Below, piece by piece: positions 20,252 through 30,873 of a DNA stretch of 64,000 nt. Source of the DNA: an uncultured Actinomycetes bacterium (GTDB taxonomy: Bacteria; Actinomycetota; Thermoleophilia; UBA2241); assembly GCA_963725665.1 (NCBI GenBank), contig CAVRZA010000002.1, forward strand, positions 256,001 through 320,000, written 5' to 3'. Every line of letters begins with the position of its first letter. Position 1 is the first letter of the stretch. The notes below the pieces were generated by a model. The model was not told the origin of the DNA. It ran no database searches and was given only the letters and a program-made list of their open reading frames with translations. Position numbers and translations under genes: made by a program.

Positions 20252-21144
20252 CTCTCGTCTTCGCCGGAGTCTTCGGCGACGGCGAAGCCGGCGGCCGCGA
20301 TCGCCTCGGCGAGCGCCTTGAAGGGCGCCGAGAGCAGCGTCTCGAGCTCGCTCGGGTCGGAGGCGCGTGCCGAGAGGGTGATGCGCAGCGCGCGCGCCTC
20401 GCCGAACTGCCGCGCGCGCGACTTGACGTAGACGCCCGGGTTGGCGGCGTCGACCTGCCGCAGGATGCCGGCGATCACCGACTCGTCCTGGAGCTCAGGC
20501 ACGACCAGCGAGCGCTCGTCGTAGCACGCGGGCCCGAAGAGCGCCGCCAGTCGCGGGGCGAGCGACTCGGAGACGATGGCGCGCAGCTCGCCGGGCACGC
20601 CGGGCAGCGAGACGACGGCACAGTCGTCGGTCTCGAGCCAGACCCCCGGGGCGCCGCCGACCGGGTTGACGAGCGGCTCGGCGCCGCCGGGCAGGAAGGC
20701 CATCTTGCGCCGCGCGTCGTTCATCTCCGCGGTGGGCACGTGCCCCGAACGGAAGAACTCCTCGTACTTCGCGCGCACCAGTCGCTCGGCCTCGGCGTTG
20801 AGCTCGAGGGGGTGGCCCGTGGCGAGGGCGACCCCGCGCAGGGTGAGGTCGTCCTCGGTCGGGCCCAGACCGCCGACCGTGAAGACGAGCTGCGGGCGGC
20901 GCGTCAGCGCCGCCCGCAGCTCGTCGGCTATCGCTTCTACCTCGTCGCGCACCAGGACGCAGCGACGCACCTGCCCGCCGAGCGCGGTCACTCGTCGGCA
21001 GAGCCAGTTCGAGTTGGTGTCGAGGACATCGCCGAGCAGCACCTCGTTTCCGGCGGCGAGGATCTCGACCGCCGGTGGTCCCTCGCGCGCCTCGGCCGAC
21101 GGGCGCAGCGGCGGTCCCTCGCGCCTCTCGGCCGACGGGCTCAT
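20248..21144 (-). CDS. CinA N-terminal-like molybdopterin-binding domain protein
   Basis: GNEVLLGDVLDTNS, GGLGPTEDDLT, NPVGGAPG, LPGVPGE; lacks C-terminal NMN deamidase domain. Confidence 0.85.
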   Translation of the reverse strand: MSPSAERREGPPLRPSAEAREGPPAVEILAAGNEVLLGDVLDTNSNWLCRRVTALGGQVRRCVLVRDEVEAIADELRAALTRRPQLVFTVGGLGPTEDDLTLRGVALATGHPLELNAEAERLVRAKYEEFFRSGHVPTAEMNDARRKMAFLPGGAEPLVNPVGGAPGVWLETDDCAVVSLPGVPGELRAIVSESLAPRLAALFGPACYDERSLVVPELQDESVIAGILRQVDAANPGVYVKSRARQFGEARALRITLSARASDPSELETLLSAPFKALAEAIAAAGFAVAEDSGEDES

Positions 21145-21602
21145 CGGCGGAACACGCCGAGCAGGAGCCCGGAGAGGACGACGACGGCGACGACCCCCGC
21201 GAGGACGAGCAGCAGCAGGAGCAGCTTCACGATGAACGAGAGGACGACGAGCCCCGCCAGTGCCGTGAGGATGATGAACAGCCAGCGGCGCATGTTGCGC
21301 GCCTTCGTCTGGCCGGAGTAGCCCTCGACGAAGCTGGCCACCGAAGGACCGACGGCGCCGATGAGCAGCATGATCACGAGGACCATGCGCATGGCCGGAC
21401 CGGCGAGCAGGTAGCCGACGAAGATCGCGACGACGAGGATGATAGGGCCGTAGACACTCAGGATGGCCAACGGATCGCGGGAGCGCCCGGCCTTCTGCAG
21501 CTGGTGACGCCCGCGCAGCGCGCGGTAGAGACCGAGGGCGAACACGGCTGCGAACAGCCAGTAGACCCAGCTCAGGATGACCCCCTCTTCAGGGCATGAC
21601 AC
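21141..21602 (-). CDS. Hypothetical multi-pass membrane protein
   Basis: Hydrophobic ORF with GC-rich third positions; stop overlaps the start of the CinA-like gene. Confidence 0.55.
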   Translation of the reverse strand: MSCPEEGVILSWVYWLFAAVFALGLYRALRGRHQLQKAGRSRDPLAILSVYGPIILVVAIFVGYLLAGPAMRMVLVIMLLIGAVGPSVASFVEGYSGQTKARNMRRWLFIILTALAGLVVLSFIVKLLLLLLVLAGVVAVVVLSGLLLGVFRR

Positions 21603-21666
21603 AACAAGGGCGCGAGAGGCTCGGGTCTCTCGCTTTGGCGTAGCTTACTAAAGCCGCCGGCGCCTG

Positions 21667-21765
21667 AAAAAAGGCAGCCCCACGGGGGGCGTGGGGCTGT
21701 GAAAGGAGCCATGGGGTGGTACCTGGGGGGGTACCTGCAATCCGAGTGGGGGCTCGGACTGCAAA
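21667..21765 (-). ncRNA. Small RNA with three C-rich-loop hairpins (6C-like) and intrinsic terminator
   Basis: Minus-strand hairpins with loops CCCCCA, CCCCCA and CCCCC; last stem CAGCCCCACG/CGTGGGGCTG followed by U6. Confidence 0.6.
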
Positions 21766-21914
21766 ACGTGTATCCCCCTGAGCGCTGCGGCTTAAACCGG
21801 ACAATTTCGGTTTTCTTGCCGCGCTGAGCTTCCGCGTCGTGGGCTCCGGGCCCGGCCGGGCGACAGGCGTTCAGGCTCTGGCCGCCACGTGCCGACAAGA
21901 GGAGCGGCGGACCA

Positions 21915-23450
21915 ATGGACGGCGCACGCACAACATCCTTCGACGTCGAACGCGAGCGTCGCTCGCGCATCTGGCTGCTGTTCGGGGTCCTGGTCGTCCT
22001 GTTCTTCGCCGGCGTCTGGATCGTCGTCCTCTGCGTCGGCCTGGCGGCCTCGACGCTGCTCCTCGACACGCGGGTCCTCTGGCTGACGTTCACCCTTCCC
22101 GGCCTCGTCACCCTTCTTCTGGCCGCCGCGGGTTTGGCTTGGCTCTACTGGCGGCTGAGCCGTCTCGGGGCCGAGCAGCGCCTGCTGGCCGCCATGCACG
22201 CACGGCCGCTCGACCCGCACGATCGCTACCACCAGCGCCTCCAGAACATCGTCGACGAGATCGCCATAGCCGGGGGCTGCCCTCGTCTGTACTGCGTGGT
22301 CGTCCCCACCGTGGGGATGAACGCCTTTGCCTTCAGCGACTTCGCCGGCGGCGGCACCATCGGCGTGACCGAGGGCGCCCTCGCGCGGCTCAGTCGGGAG
22401 CAGCTCCAAGGGGTGGTGGCCCACGAGGCGGCTCACGTCCTCTGCGGCGACTGCGCCACGGTGACCGCGGCCTGCCTGTTGTTCGGTGTCTACTCCAGCG
22501 CCGTTGCCGGACTCGGGGGCGTCGAGTCGTGGTCCGATGGCGACCGTGAGTCGACGGGCCTGGCACAGGGGCTGTTCGCCCCGCTGGTCCTGGCCTCGGC
22601 TCTCATCAGCAGCGCCATCTCGCGGCAACGTGAGTACAGGGCCGATGCCGCGGCTGTGCGCTATACGCGAGACCCCCTCGGCTTGGCTCAGGCACTCGGC
22701 ATGATGGCGCGCCACCCGAGCGGGGCCGGCTGGATCCCTTACGGACTCGCCGCACTCTGCATAAGGCCGACGGGCTGTTCTGCCTTCGACTGGCTGGACC
22801 GTCTCGCGGAGACCCACCCGCCCACAGACAAGCGCATCGCCGTGCTGCTGCAGCTGGGAGCTGTCAGCACGGCCTCGTTCGTGTCGCGCTCGTCTGAGGC
22901 CGAGGAGGCCTTGGAGCAGCGGGAGCATCTCAGCCGGCCGCCGGCGACCAAGGCCGGCGTAGCGGTGGCGGCCGGTCTTGGCCCCGGAGTGCTCCAGGCG
23001 GCCACGGACGTGACCGGCACGGCGAGCGCTGCGGCCACATCCTCCGCGGCCGGCCCGCACTGTCCGGCCTGCGGCGCTACGCTGCGGCCCGCCGACTACG
23101 AGGGCGTGCCGGTCCTTGCTTGTGCGGCTTGTGGGGGCCGACTGGCATCCCCGCAGGCGATCGGCAAGATCCTGGCGCGGCGGGAGGTGGGGTTCACGGA
23201 TGAGCAACGGCGTCTGGCCGTGTGCACCGCGAGCGAGGGCGATCACCTGCGGCGCCAGGTGGTCCTATCGCGCGGGCGTGACCCACGCGGCCACAAGCCC
23301 TGTCCTCTGTGCGGGAAGAAGATGGTGCGCCGCCACTTCGATCTGCAGCACGCCGTCGAGGTCGACAGCTGCGTGGTCTGCGACCGGGTCTGGTTCGAGA
23401 AGGACGAGCTTGAGGTCCTCCAACTGCTCGTGGAGGGTGAGGTGGGCTAA
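21915..23450 (+). CDS. HtpX/M48 zinc metalloprotease with C-terminal zinc ribbons
   Basis: MNAFA, LQGVVAHEAAH (HExxH), SRQREYRADAAAV, THPP; CPAC..CAAC and CPLC..CVVC. Confidence 0.85.
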   Translation: MDGARTTSFDVERERRSRIWLLFGVLVVLFFAGVWIVVLCVGLAASTLLLDTRVLWLTFTLPGLVTLLLAAAGLAWLYWRLSRLGAEQRLLAAMHARPLDPHDRYHQRLQNIVDEIAIAGGCPRLYCVVVPTVGMNAFAFSDFAGGGTIGVTEGALARLSREQLQGVVAHEAAHVLCGDCATVTAACLLFGVYSSAVAGLGGVESWSDGDRESTGLAQGLFAPLVLASALISSAISRQREYRADAAAVRYTRDPLGLAQALGMMARHPSGAGWIPYGLAALCIRPTGCSAFDWLDRLAETHPPTDKRIAVLLQLGAVSTASFVSRSSEAEEALEQREHLSRPPATKAGVAVAAGLGPGVLQAATDVTGTASAAATSSAAGPHCPACGATLRPADYEGVPVLACAACGGRLASPQAIGKILARREVGFTDEQRRLAVCTASEGDHLRRQVVLSRGRDPRGHKPCPLCGKKMVRRHFDLQHAVEVDSCVVCDRVWFEKDELEVLQLLVEGEVG

Positions 23451-23482
23451 GAGGGGCAAGAGCAGGGCCCGATGCGGATACA

Positions 23483-24709
23483 ATGCCCTCCATGCCCGAC
23501 GTGTTCGACAGCGCCGCCGTGCCCCGCCCCGGCGGCACCGCTGCTGTGCCGCGATCCCTCTTCATCACCAACGACTTCCCGCCGCGCGTGGGCGGGGCGC
23601 AGTCCTACTACTGGCGGCTGATCCAGACGCTCGATCCCGCTGAGGTGGTGGTGCTGGCGCCGGCCGACCGCGACGCGGCCGACTTCGACGCCGGGCATCC
23701 CTACACTGTGGTGCGCACGAAGACGTCGATCCTGTGGCCGCTGCCCGCCCTTCGCCGCCTCGCCGGCGAGCTTATCGAACGGTACGGGATCGAGCTCGTG
23801 CAGCTGGGGCACCCGCTGCCGGCGGGCATGGTGGGACCATGGCTCAAGTACGATCTGCGCGTGCCCTATCTGGTGTTTCTCGGAGGGGCGGAGGTCACGG
23901 GGCCGGGCTCCGTGCCGGGCGGGCGCGAGCTGCTGCGCTGGGTGCTGGGTTCGGCAGCGATGCTGGTCACCGTGAGCGAGTTCACCGCTTCGGCTGCGTC
24001 TCGTCAGGTGGGCGGGCGCGTGCCGGCTTGCGTGATGCGGCCCGCGATCGACCCCGAGCGCTACACGCCGGCGACGGCCGCCGAGGCGGCCGCCGAGAAG
24101 CGTGCGCTCGGGGTGCACGGGCCGCTGGTCGTCTGCGTGGGGCGCCTGGTGCTGCGCAAGGGCCAGGACAGGCTGATCGAGGCCCTTGCGCGGCTGGATC
24201 CCGTGATCGGCGACGCCCTGGGACCGGTGGAGCTGGCGCTGGTCGGTCACAGCCCGACCGGGCCTCTGTATCGTCGTCTCGCCGCGCGCGTCGGGGTTGC
24301 CGACCGCGTGCGCTTCGTCGGTGAGGTCTCCGACGAGGACCTGCACCGCTGGCTGCGGGCCGCCGACGTCTTCGCCATGCCGAGCCGCACGCGCCTCGGC
24401 GGCCTCGAGGTCGAGGGCTTCGGCCTCGTCTACGCCGAGGCGGCGCTCGCCGGCCTGCCGGTCATCGCCGGCTCGTCCGGCGGCGCCCCCGAGGCTGTGG
24501 TGGCGGACGACGACGGCGTCAGCGGCCTCGTCGTCGACGGCTCTTCGGCCGCCGAGGTCGCCGCCGCCATCGGCGTCCTGCTCACGCTGAGCGACCAGGA
24601 GCGGCGCGTGATGGGCGAGCGCGGCCGCAGGCTGGCGCTCGCCCGTCACGCGCCGCAGGTCGCCAGAACGCGCTACCGCGAGCTGCTGCGACGAGCAGTC
24701 GGTGGGTGA
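23483..24709 (+). CDS. GT4 glycosyltransferase (PimB-like)
   Basis: ITNDFPPRVGG, VGRLVLRKGQD.LI, EGFGLVYAEA, GGAPEAV. Confidence 0.85.
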   Translation: MPSMPDVFDSAAVPRPGGTAAVPRSLFITNDFPPRVGGAQSYYWRLIQTLDPAEVVVLAPADRDAADFDAGHPYTVVRTKTSILWPLPALRRLAGELIERYGIELVQLGHPLPAGMVGPWLKYDLRVPYLVFLGGAEVTGPGSVPGGRELLRWVLGSAAMLVTVSEFTASAASRQVGGRVPACVMRPAIDPERYTPATAAEAAAEKRALGVHGPLVVCVGRLVLRKGQDRLIEALARLDPVIGDALGPVELALVGHSPTGPLYRRLAARVGVADRVRFVGEVSDEDLHRWLRAADVFAMPSRTRLGGLEVEGFGLVYAEAALAGLPVIAGSSGGAPEAVVADDDGVSGLVVDGSSAAEVAAAIGVLLTLSDQERRVMGERGRRLALARHAPQVARTRYRELLRRAVGG

Positions 24710-24766
24710 GGGTCTTTCACAAGCGGGCATCGTCGGTGTAGCCTCTGCCCGTTGAGAGGAGGCAAC

Positions 24767-25471
24767 GTGTCGCCGAGACGACATCCTGTGCTGTTCGCCC
24801 TGGTCGCGCTGCCAACGGCGTTCGCCGTCGGCTGCCTGCCGACCGCCCGGCTGGTCATTTGGCTCTTTGGGGGCGGGCGGGAGGCCGTCGTCGAGGGCAA
24901 AGCGGGCGCCGACTCGGTCCGCCGCAGCGTGGGCGTCGGACCCGCCATCGCCACGGGCGTCATCGATGCCTTAAAGGGCTACACCATCGCGCGTCTCGCG
25001 CGGCACTACGGCGCCGGCCGCAACCTCACCGGTGCGCTCGCCGTCGCGCCGCTCATCGCGCACGTGATGGTGGTCCGTGGACGAGGCGCGTCCACTGCTG
25101 TCGGCACAGCCTTCGCCATCGACGAGCCGACGATGCTTGTCGCAGGGGTACCCGGCGTCGCGGGCAGCATCGCCAAACACCACGCGTTCAGCGTCATGAT
25201 CGGAGCCATCACCTACGTGCCCGTCCGCTGGGTCTTCTGCCGCGCCTGGTCGGCTCCGCTTTGGGGCCTCGTCATGGTCTGTGTACTCGCCTATGCGCGC
25301 CTGCGCGGCGAGGGCAACGGCCTGCCGCGACGCCTGACGCGCGAGCTCGCCTGGAACCGCTTCTGGTACGACAACGACCGCCCGCGCCGGGCGCCGGGCG
25401 CCGAGCCCGAGACGGCGGTCGACTCGGCGGAGACGGAGGTTTCGCCGGCTCACGTGGCGGCGCAGGAGTAA
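24767..25471 (+). CDS. PlsY-like membrane acyltransferase (divergent)
   Basis: GCLPTA, IDALKG and GRGASTAVG resemble PlsY motifs; GAGGAGG RBS. Confidence 0.55.
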   Translation: MSPRRHPVLFALVALPTAFAVGCLPTARLVIWLFGGGREAVVEGKAGADSVRRSVGVGPAIATGVIDALKGYTIARLARHYGAGRNLTGALAVAPLIAHVMVVRGRGASTAVGTAFAIDEPTMLVAGVPGVAGSIAKHHAFSVMIGAITYVPVRWVFCRAWSAPLWGLVMVCVLAYARLRGEGNGLPRRLTRELAWNRFWYDNDRPRRAPGAEPETAVDSAETEVSPAHVAAQE

Positions 25472-25529
25472 GGCTCCTTCTGGCCGGCGTCTCCTACCGG
25501 CTGACGCCCGTCCTCACAATGCTCTGTCG

Positions 25530-28500
25530 TCACCCGGTCCGACCCGGCCGCGTGCGGGGCTCGACGACCGGCAGGTCGTCAAGCCCCTCGGCCGGGTCGG
25601 CCTTCGGCCAGCGGTGGTCCTGCCGTGAGGGTGCGGGGTAGCGCGGGTCGGGCGCCATCGGCCCGAGCCAGGGGCGTTCCGGCGGCGGTCCCGTGACCGG
25701 AGGGTGCTCTCCTCCCCCGGTTGTGTGGCGGTCGCCGCGCGGGAGGGTGCCACGGTCGCGGGGGGCCGACGGGGCGGTCGGTCTCTGGACGGTCGAGCGG
25801 CTTCCGTTGCCCGCTCCTCGCTTGAGGATCCCCGGGTCCCTGATCGCGGCCATGAGATCGAAGATGCGCTGCGCGACGACGGCCAGGCCGCGCTCGTCGT
25901 TGTTCTGCAGCTCGCCCTCGACGAGCAGGTAGACCGTCTCCTTAAGCAGCTTGCCGTAGCGCAGGAAGACGTCGTTGAAGACCACCACCTCGGCCATGCC
26001 GGTCTCGTCCTCGAGGGTGAGGAAGAGGGTGCGGTGACCGGAGCGGATCCAGGGCATCTGCGCCCGCTCGAGCACGCCGGCGAGGCGGATGCGCGTGCCG
26101 TCGCGCACCTCGACCAGGCGCGCGAAGGGCACGCAGCGCAGGCGCCGCATGCCCTCACGCGCGAAGGCCAGCGGGTGGGCGCTCACGTTGAGGTGCAGCA
26201 CCTCGAGCTCGGCGCGCACGCGGTCGGCGTCGCTCCACGAGGGGATGAAGGGCATCGGCGCCAGCTCGTCGTCGACGACGAGCGCCGTCTGCGCCGATGG
26301 GTCGGGGTTCGCTGGGCCTGCGGGCGGGGCGGGGGTCTCGGGGGGGCGGCCTCGCGGTGATAGACCTGCGGGTGGGGGTGGGGCCTCAGGACGCCCGCTC
26401 GCGCCTGCGGCGCTCACTAAGCGTCCTTCGACCCCACCCCCACCCTCCGGCCTGCGCGAGTCGCGCACTGAGTCCCCGCCCTCCGGTTCCCGTTTGGCAA
26501 CCACCCACCGGGGCAAGCCGACGTCGCCGGACGGCGACCGCTGCAGGGAGCCGGGCTTCACCCCCATGACGCGGGCGTGGATGAGCGGCACCTGCACGAG
26601 GAGCTCCTCGCGGCGCACGCCGAGGGCGTCGAAGGCGCCCACGCGCACCAGGTTCTCGACGATCTCGACGCTCACCCGCGTGCGCTCGCAGAAGTCGCCC
26701 AGCGAGCGGTAGGGTCCGCCGTTGTCGGGCGCGCGCTGCGCGATGATGGCCCGCATCGCCGCGCCGCTCATCTCCTTGACGTACTTGAGGCCGACGCGCA
26801 GCGCGCGCCCGTCGTCCTCGGGCGAGAAGCCGGGTTCGCTCAGGTTCACGTCCAGAGGCCGGATCGCGAGGGGCCAGCGACGCGCGTCGTTGAGCACCAC
26901 GCGGGGCGAGTAGAAGCCCATCGGCCAGTTGTTGAGGATGCCGCAGAAGAACTCGGCCGGGTAGTGCGCCTTGAGCCAGGCGCTGGCGTTGCAGACGACG
27001 GCGAAACAGGCGGCGTGCGCCTTGTTGAAGCCGTAGGCGGCGAAGCCGCGCAGCTGGCGGAAGACGTCTTCGGCGGTCGCGCGCTCGACGCCGTTGGCGA
27101 CCGCCTTCTCGACGAACAGGCGGCCGAGCTCGTCCATCTCCTCCATGGAGCGGTCGTGCGTCATGGCGCGGCGCAGCATGTCGCCCTCCGACAGCGAGAA
27201 GCCGGCGATGGCCGAGGCGACCTCGATGACCTGCTCCTGGTAGAGGATGACCCCGTAGGTGCGCTGCAGCGCCGGCCACATGGCGGCGTGCAGTACGGCG
27301 GCGGGCTCCTTGCCGTGCCGGCGCCTGATGAAGGGTCCGATCATCTCGGCCTGCAGCGGCCCCGGGCGAAAGAGCGAGATGGCGGCGATCACGTCTTCGA
27401 AGTCGCGCTCGCGCAGGCGCGTGGCCAGGTTGCGCTGCCCCGAGCTCTCGAGCTGAAAGACGCCCACTGTGCGCGCCTCGCGTATGAGCTTGTAGACCTC
27501 GGGATCGTCGCGCGGCAGGGTCCAGGGGTCGATGCGCTCGCCGGTGCGCGCCGCGATGCTTGCCACGGCCTCGGCGATGGCGGAGTGCATCTTGAGACCC
27601 AGGATGTCCATCTTGACGAGGCCCAGCGTCTCGACGTCGTCCTTGTCGAACTGGGCCACGATCACACCCTTGGCCGCCCACTGCAGGGGCACGCGGTCGG
27701 TGAGCCGCTCGCGGGCGAGGATGAAGCCGCCCAGGTGTGTACCCAGGTGCATGGGGTAGCCGGCGAGGCGCTCGGCGAGGGCGACGAAGCGGCTGTAGTG
27801 CGGGAGCTGGAACTCGTGGTCGGCGAGCTCGGGGCGCTCAGCGACCATCTCGCCGAGGTTGGAGGCGCTCCCCCAGGGGACGCGCCGGGAGAGGCGGTTG
27901 ACCTCGCCCGGGGTGTGGCCGAAGGCCTTGGCGACGATGCGCACCGCCGAGGGTGCGTGCACGGTGTTGACGGTGGCCACCATGGCCACCTTGTCGTGGC
28001 CGAAGCGCTCGTAGATGAAGGCGATGACCTCGTCGCGGCGCGCGGAGTCGAAGTCGATGTCGACGTCGGGCATCTCGCGCCGGGAAGGATTGAGGAAGCG
28101 CTCGAAGAGGAGGTCGTGCGCGATGGGGTCGGCGTCGGTGATGCGCAGCACGTAGCTCACGATGCTGTTGCCGGCCGAGCCGCGGCCCGAGTAGAGGATG
28201 CCGCGGGCGCGCGTGAACTCGACGATGTCGCGCACGGCGAGGAAGTACTCCGCGAAGCCGAGCTCCTCGATCACCTTGAGCTCGCGGTTGAGGCGGTCGA
28301 GCACCTCGGGCGTGAGCGGGTCGTAACGCTCCTGGGCACCGGCGAAGCAGTGCTTGCAGAGGAGCGAGAAGGCGGTCTCGCCGGGCGGCAGGGGATAGGC
28401 GGGGAAGAGGAGCTGCCCGAGGCCCAGGTCGAGGGTGCAGCGTGCGGCGATGCGTTCGGCGTTGCGGTAGGCCTCGGGGTGGCGGCGGAGGAGGCGCCAC

Positions 28501-29770
28501 ATCTCCCCCGGTGACTTGAGGAAGAGCTCGGCGTTCTTGCGCCCGAGCGGGTTGGGGAGGGGCTGGTTGGCGGCCTCGGCGGCGAGGATGTCGTGCAGCG
28601 GCGCGTCGGCCCGGGTGACGTAGTGGACGTCGTTGGTGGCCACCGTCGGCAGGCGCAGCTCGTGGGCGAGCAGGTCGAGCTCGCGCAGCAGCTTGTCGGA
28701 GTCGGGCAGGAGCTCGTGCTGGAGCTCGAGGTAGAAGTTCTGCGGGCCGAAGGTCTCGGCGAGGCGCGTGGCGGCTTGCCGGGCGCCGTCGCGATCGCCC
28801 TGGAGGAGGAGGGAGGCGACCTCGCCGCGGCGGCAGGCCGAGAGGGCGATGAGGTGGTCGGCGTGCTCTTTGATGGTGGCGAAGCGGGCGAGGGGCGGCT
28901 CGCCGGGGTGCTCGAGGTGCGCGGCGCTGATGATGCGGCAGAGGTTGGACCAGCCGGCGGAGTCCTTGGCGAGGAGGATGAGGTGGAAGCCGCCGGCGGT
29001 CTGGGCGGCGAGGGAGGCGGGGGGGACGGTGGCGGCAGACTTGAGGTGGTGGATGGCGTAGACGGCGTCGGGTCGGGGTCGGCCGGGGCGTCGTCGGATC
29101 GCGGCGCTGAGGGCGGGGAGGGGGCCTTCGCCCCTCGATCGTCAACCGGGGGCGCTGCGGGCGGGGCGGGGGCCTCAGGAGGGCGGCTTCGCCTCCTTCC
29201 GGCCGCGTCTTCGTCGCGGCCTCCAGAGCCTCCTTCGACCCCCGCCCCGCCCTCCGCGCCGCGATCGTCAACCTCGCGTGCGGCGACCCTGTACTCCCCT
29301 TCGCACCACGATCGTCAACCGCCTCCGCACCCCCGTCGTGAACCCCGCCCTCCACACTCCCCTTTGAAGACCCGGGGGCCGGCGCGACTCCAGCGCCCGG
29401 CGGCGCGCCGCCGGGTCACCTCCGCCGGCCGGCCCCTCGCGCCGGTCGTCAACCCTCGGGTTGACGACCGACGAGGTCGCACCAGGTCCGGTGTAGTCAG
29501 GGCTGGCAACAGCGGCGTTTTCGGCCGATTTTCCGGCTCGCCGTCGGCGTCGAGCACCGACTCGACCGTCAGCTCGACGCCGACGATCGGCTTGATGCCG
29601 GCCTTCTGGCAGGCCTCGTAGAAGCGCACCGCTCCGTAGAGGCCCTCGTGGTCGGTGACGGCGAGCGCCTTCATGCCCATCGCGCGTGCCGCATCGACGA
29701 GGTCGTCGATGCGGCACGCGCCGTCGCCGAACGAGAAGTTGGAGTGGACGTGAAGATGGACGAAACCCAA
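25530..29770 (-). CDS. dnaE2: Error-prone DNA polymerase III alpha (DnaE2) with frameshifted low-complexity insertion at ~29000-29530
   Basis: HLHVHSNFSF.DGA, AVTDH, VGVEL PHP; GRGSAGNS, PDVDIDF, KMDILGL, YGFNKAHA, WPMGFYSP; LexA box upstream. Confidence 0.85.
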
Positions 29771-29833
29771 GAGGACCTTCCGGAGGCGCTCAATGCCACT
29801 CTTGCTGTGCGGGGAGATGCCCCAGCAAAGCCT

Positions 29834-29855
29834 AACACGAACATACGTTCGTGTT
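29834..29855 (-). promoter_or_regulatory. LexA (SOS) box in the dnaE2 promoter spacer
   Basis: AACACGAAC-ATAC-GTTCGTGTT; minus strand TTGAAC-N18-TAGGCT. Confidence 0.85.
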
Positions 29856-30048
29856 CAATGTCGCCATCTATGCCTGTGCCTTCCTTGAAAGACAGACGGG
29901 CAACACCTGCGCCCCAGCCGCTGTTCAGGCGGTGATCAATAGCGGTCAAGGTCCCGATAACGAGAGGTAGAATCGGCATCACAATCCGCCCGTCCGCAGG
30001 AGCTCCGATCGGAGTTAGCGTGCGGTCAAGGCGTGAGAAGGAGAGCGT

Positions 30049-30689
30049 GTGACGGAAGTACGCTGTCCCGTGTGTGACTCGCTCGTCAACAGCGCGGCTG
30101 CCGGGTGTCCCAACTGTGGCGCTTCACCGCGCCTCTCGCCGAAGAGGCAGAAGCGTTTCGTCTTGCCCTCGCGGATTCAAATCCCTCAGAACAGGCCAGA
30201 GACTTCGTCATGCTCCCGGGCTGGAGCCGGCGAACGCGGTTCCTCACGGCAATCCCCGCTCTGCTACCCGGCGTCATAGTCGCGGTATTCGGGCTCGTGT
30301 GGTTCGTCTCTGAGGCCCGCTTCTACTTCTCGCTCGGAATGTCTGAGAGAATGGCGGACGGGGATCCGCTCCGCGCGGACACTGGAATGGTGTTCGCTGC
30401 CGTCGTCATAGTCGCGGGACTTTTGTGGCTGGTGCCGGGGCTCGTGACGACCCTGCCCAAGCGGTTCAACCTCGCCCTGATGGTTGCGGCGATTATTCTC
30501 GGAGCGATTCCGCTGGTTCTCGGGATCAGCTTCTTGCACCGGATCTACGTATGGCTGCCGTTCGCTGCCTACGCTCCTGTCCTCGCAGTGCTCCGCTTCT
30601 TCCTGCAGAGCCGGGGAGACAGGCGATACACGAAGACCCAGCCATCCCAGGGGGTAGCGCAGTCCCGGGTTCCTCACATCGCCCTCTAA
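30049..30689 (+). CDS. Zinc-ribbon membrane protein; frameshift near 30135
   Basis: AAGGAG RBS; CPVC...CPNC N-terminus in one frame, four TM helices in the next frame. Confidence 0.5.
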
Positions 30690-30873
30690 GACGGTTTGCT
30701 CTTCTTCCTTCACCGGCACAACTCGTCACGGGTCAGCGAGAAGCATCAAACCCGTGGCAGCACGCGCGGGTACACTGTGCGTGGCGGCGGCGACCGCGAA
30801 TAGCGGTCCGCATCCGTCGGCTCGTCGGTGTGAAGCCGCCGCCGCACAACCAAGGTGCCCAGGGAGAGCGCCA

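Noticed and set aside
29000-29530. Intein or self-splicing intron in dnaE2
   Set aside because: No Cys/Ser start, His-Asn end, homing endonuclease or RT ORF, and no recognisable group I/II core.
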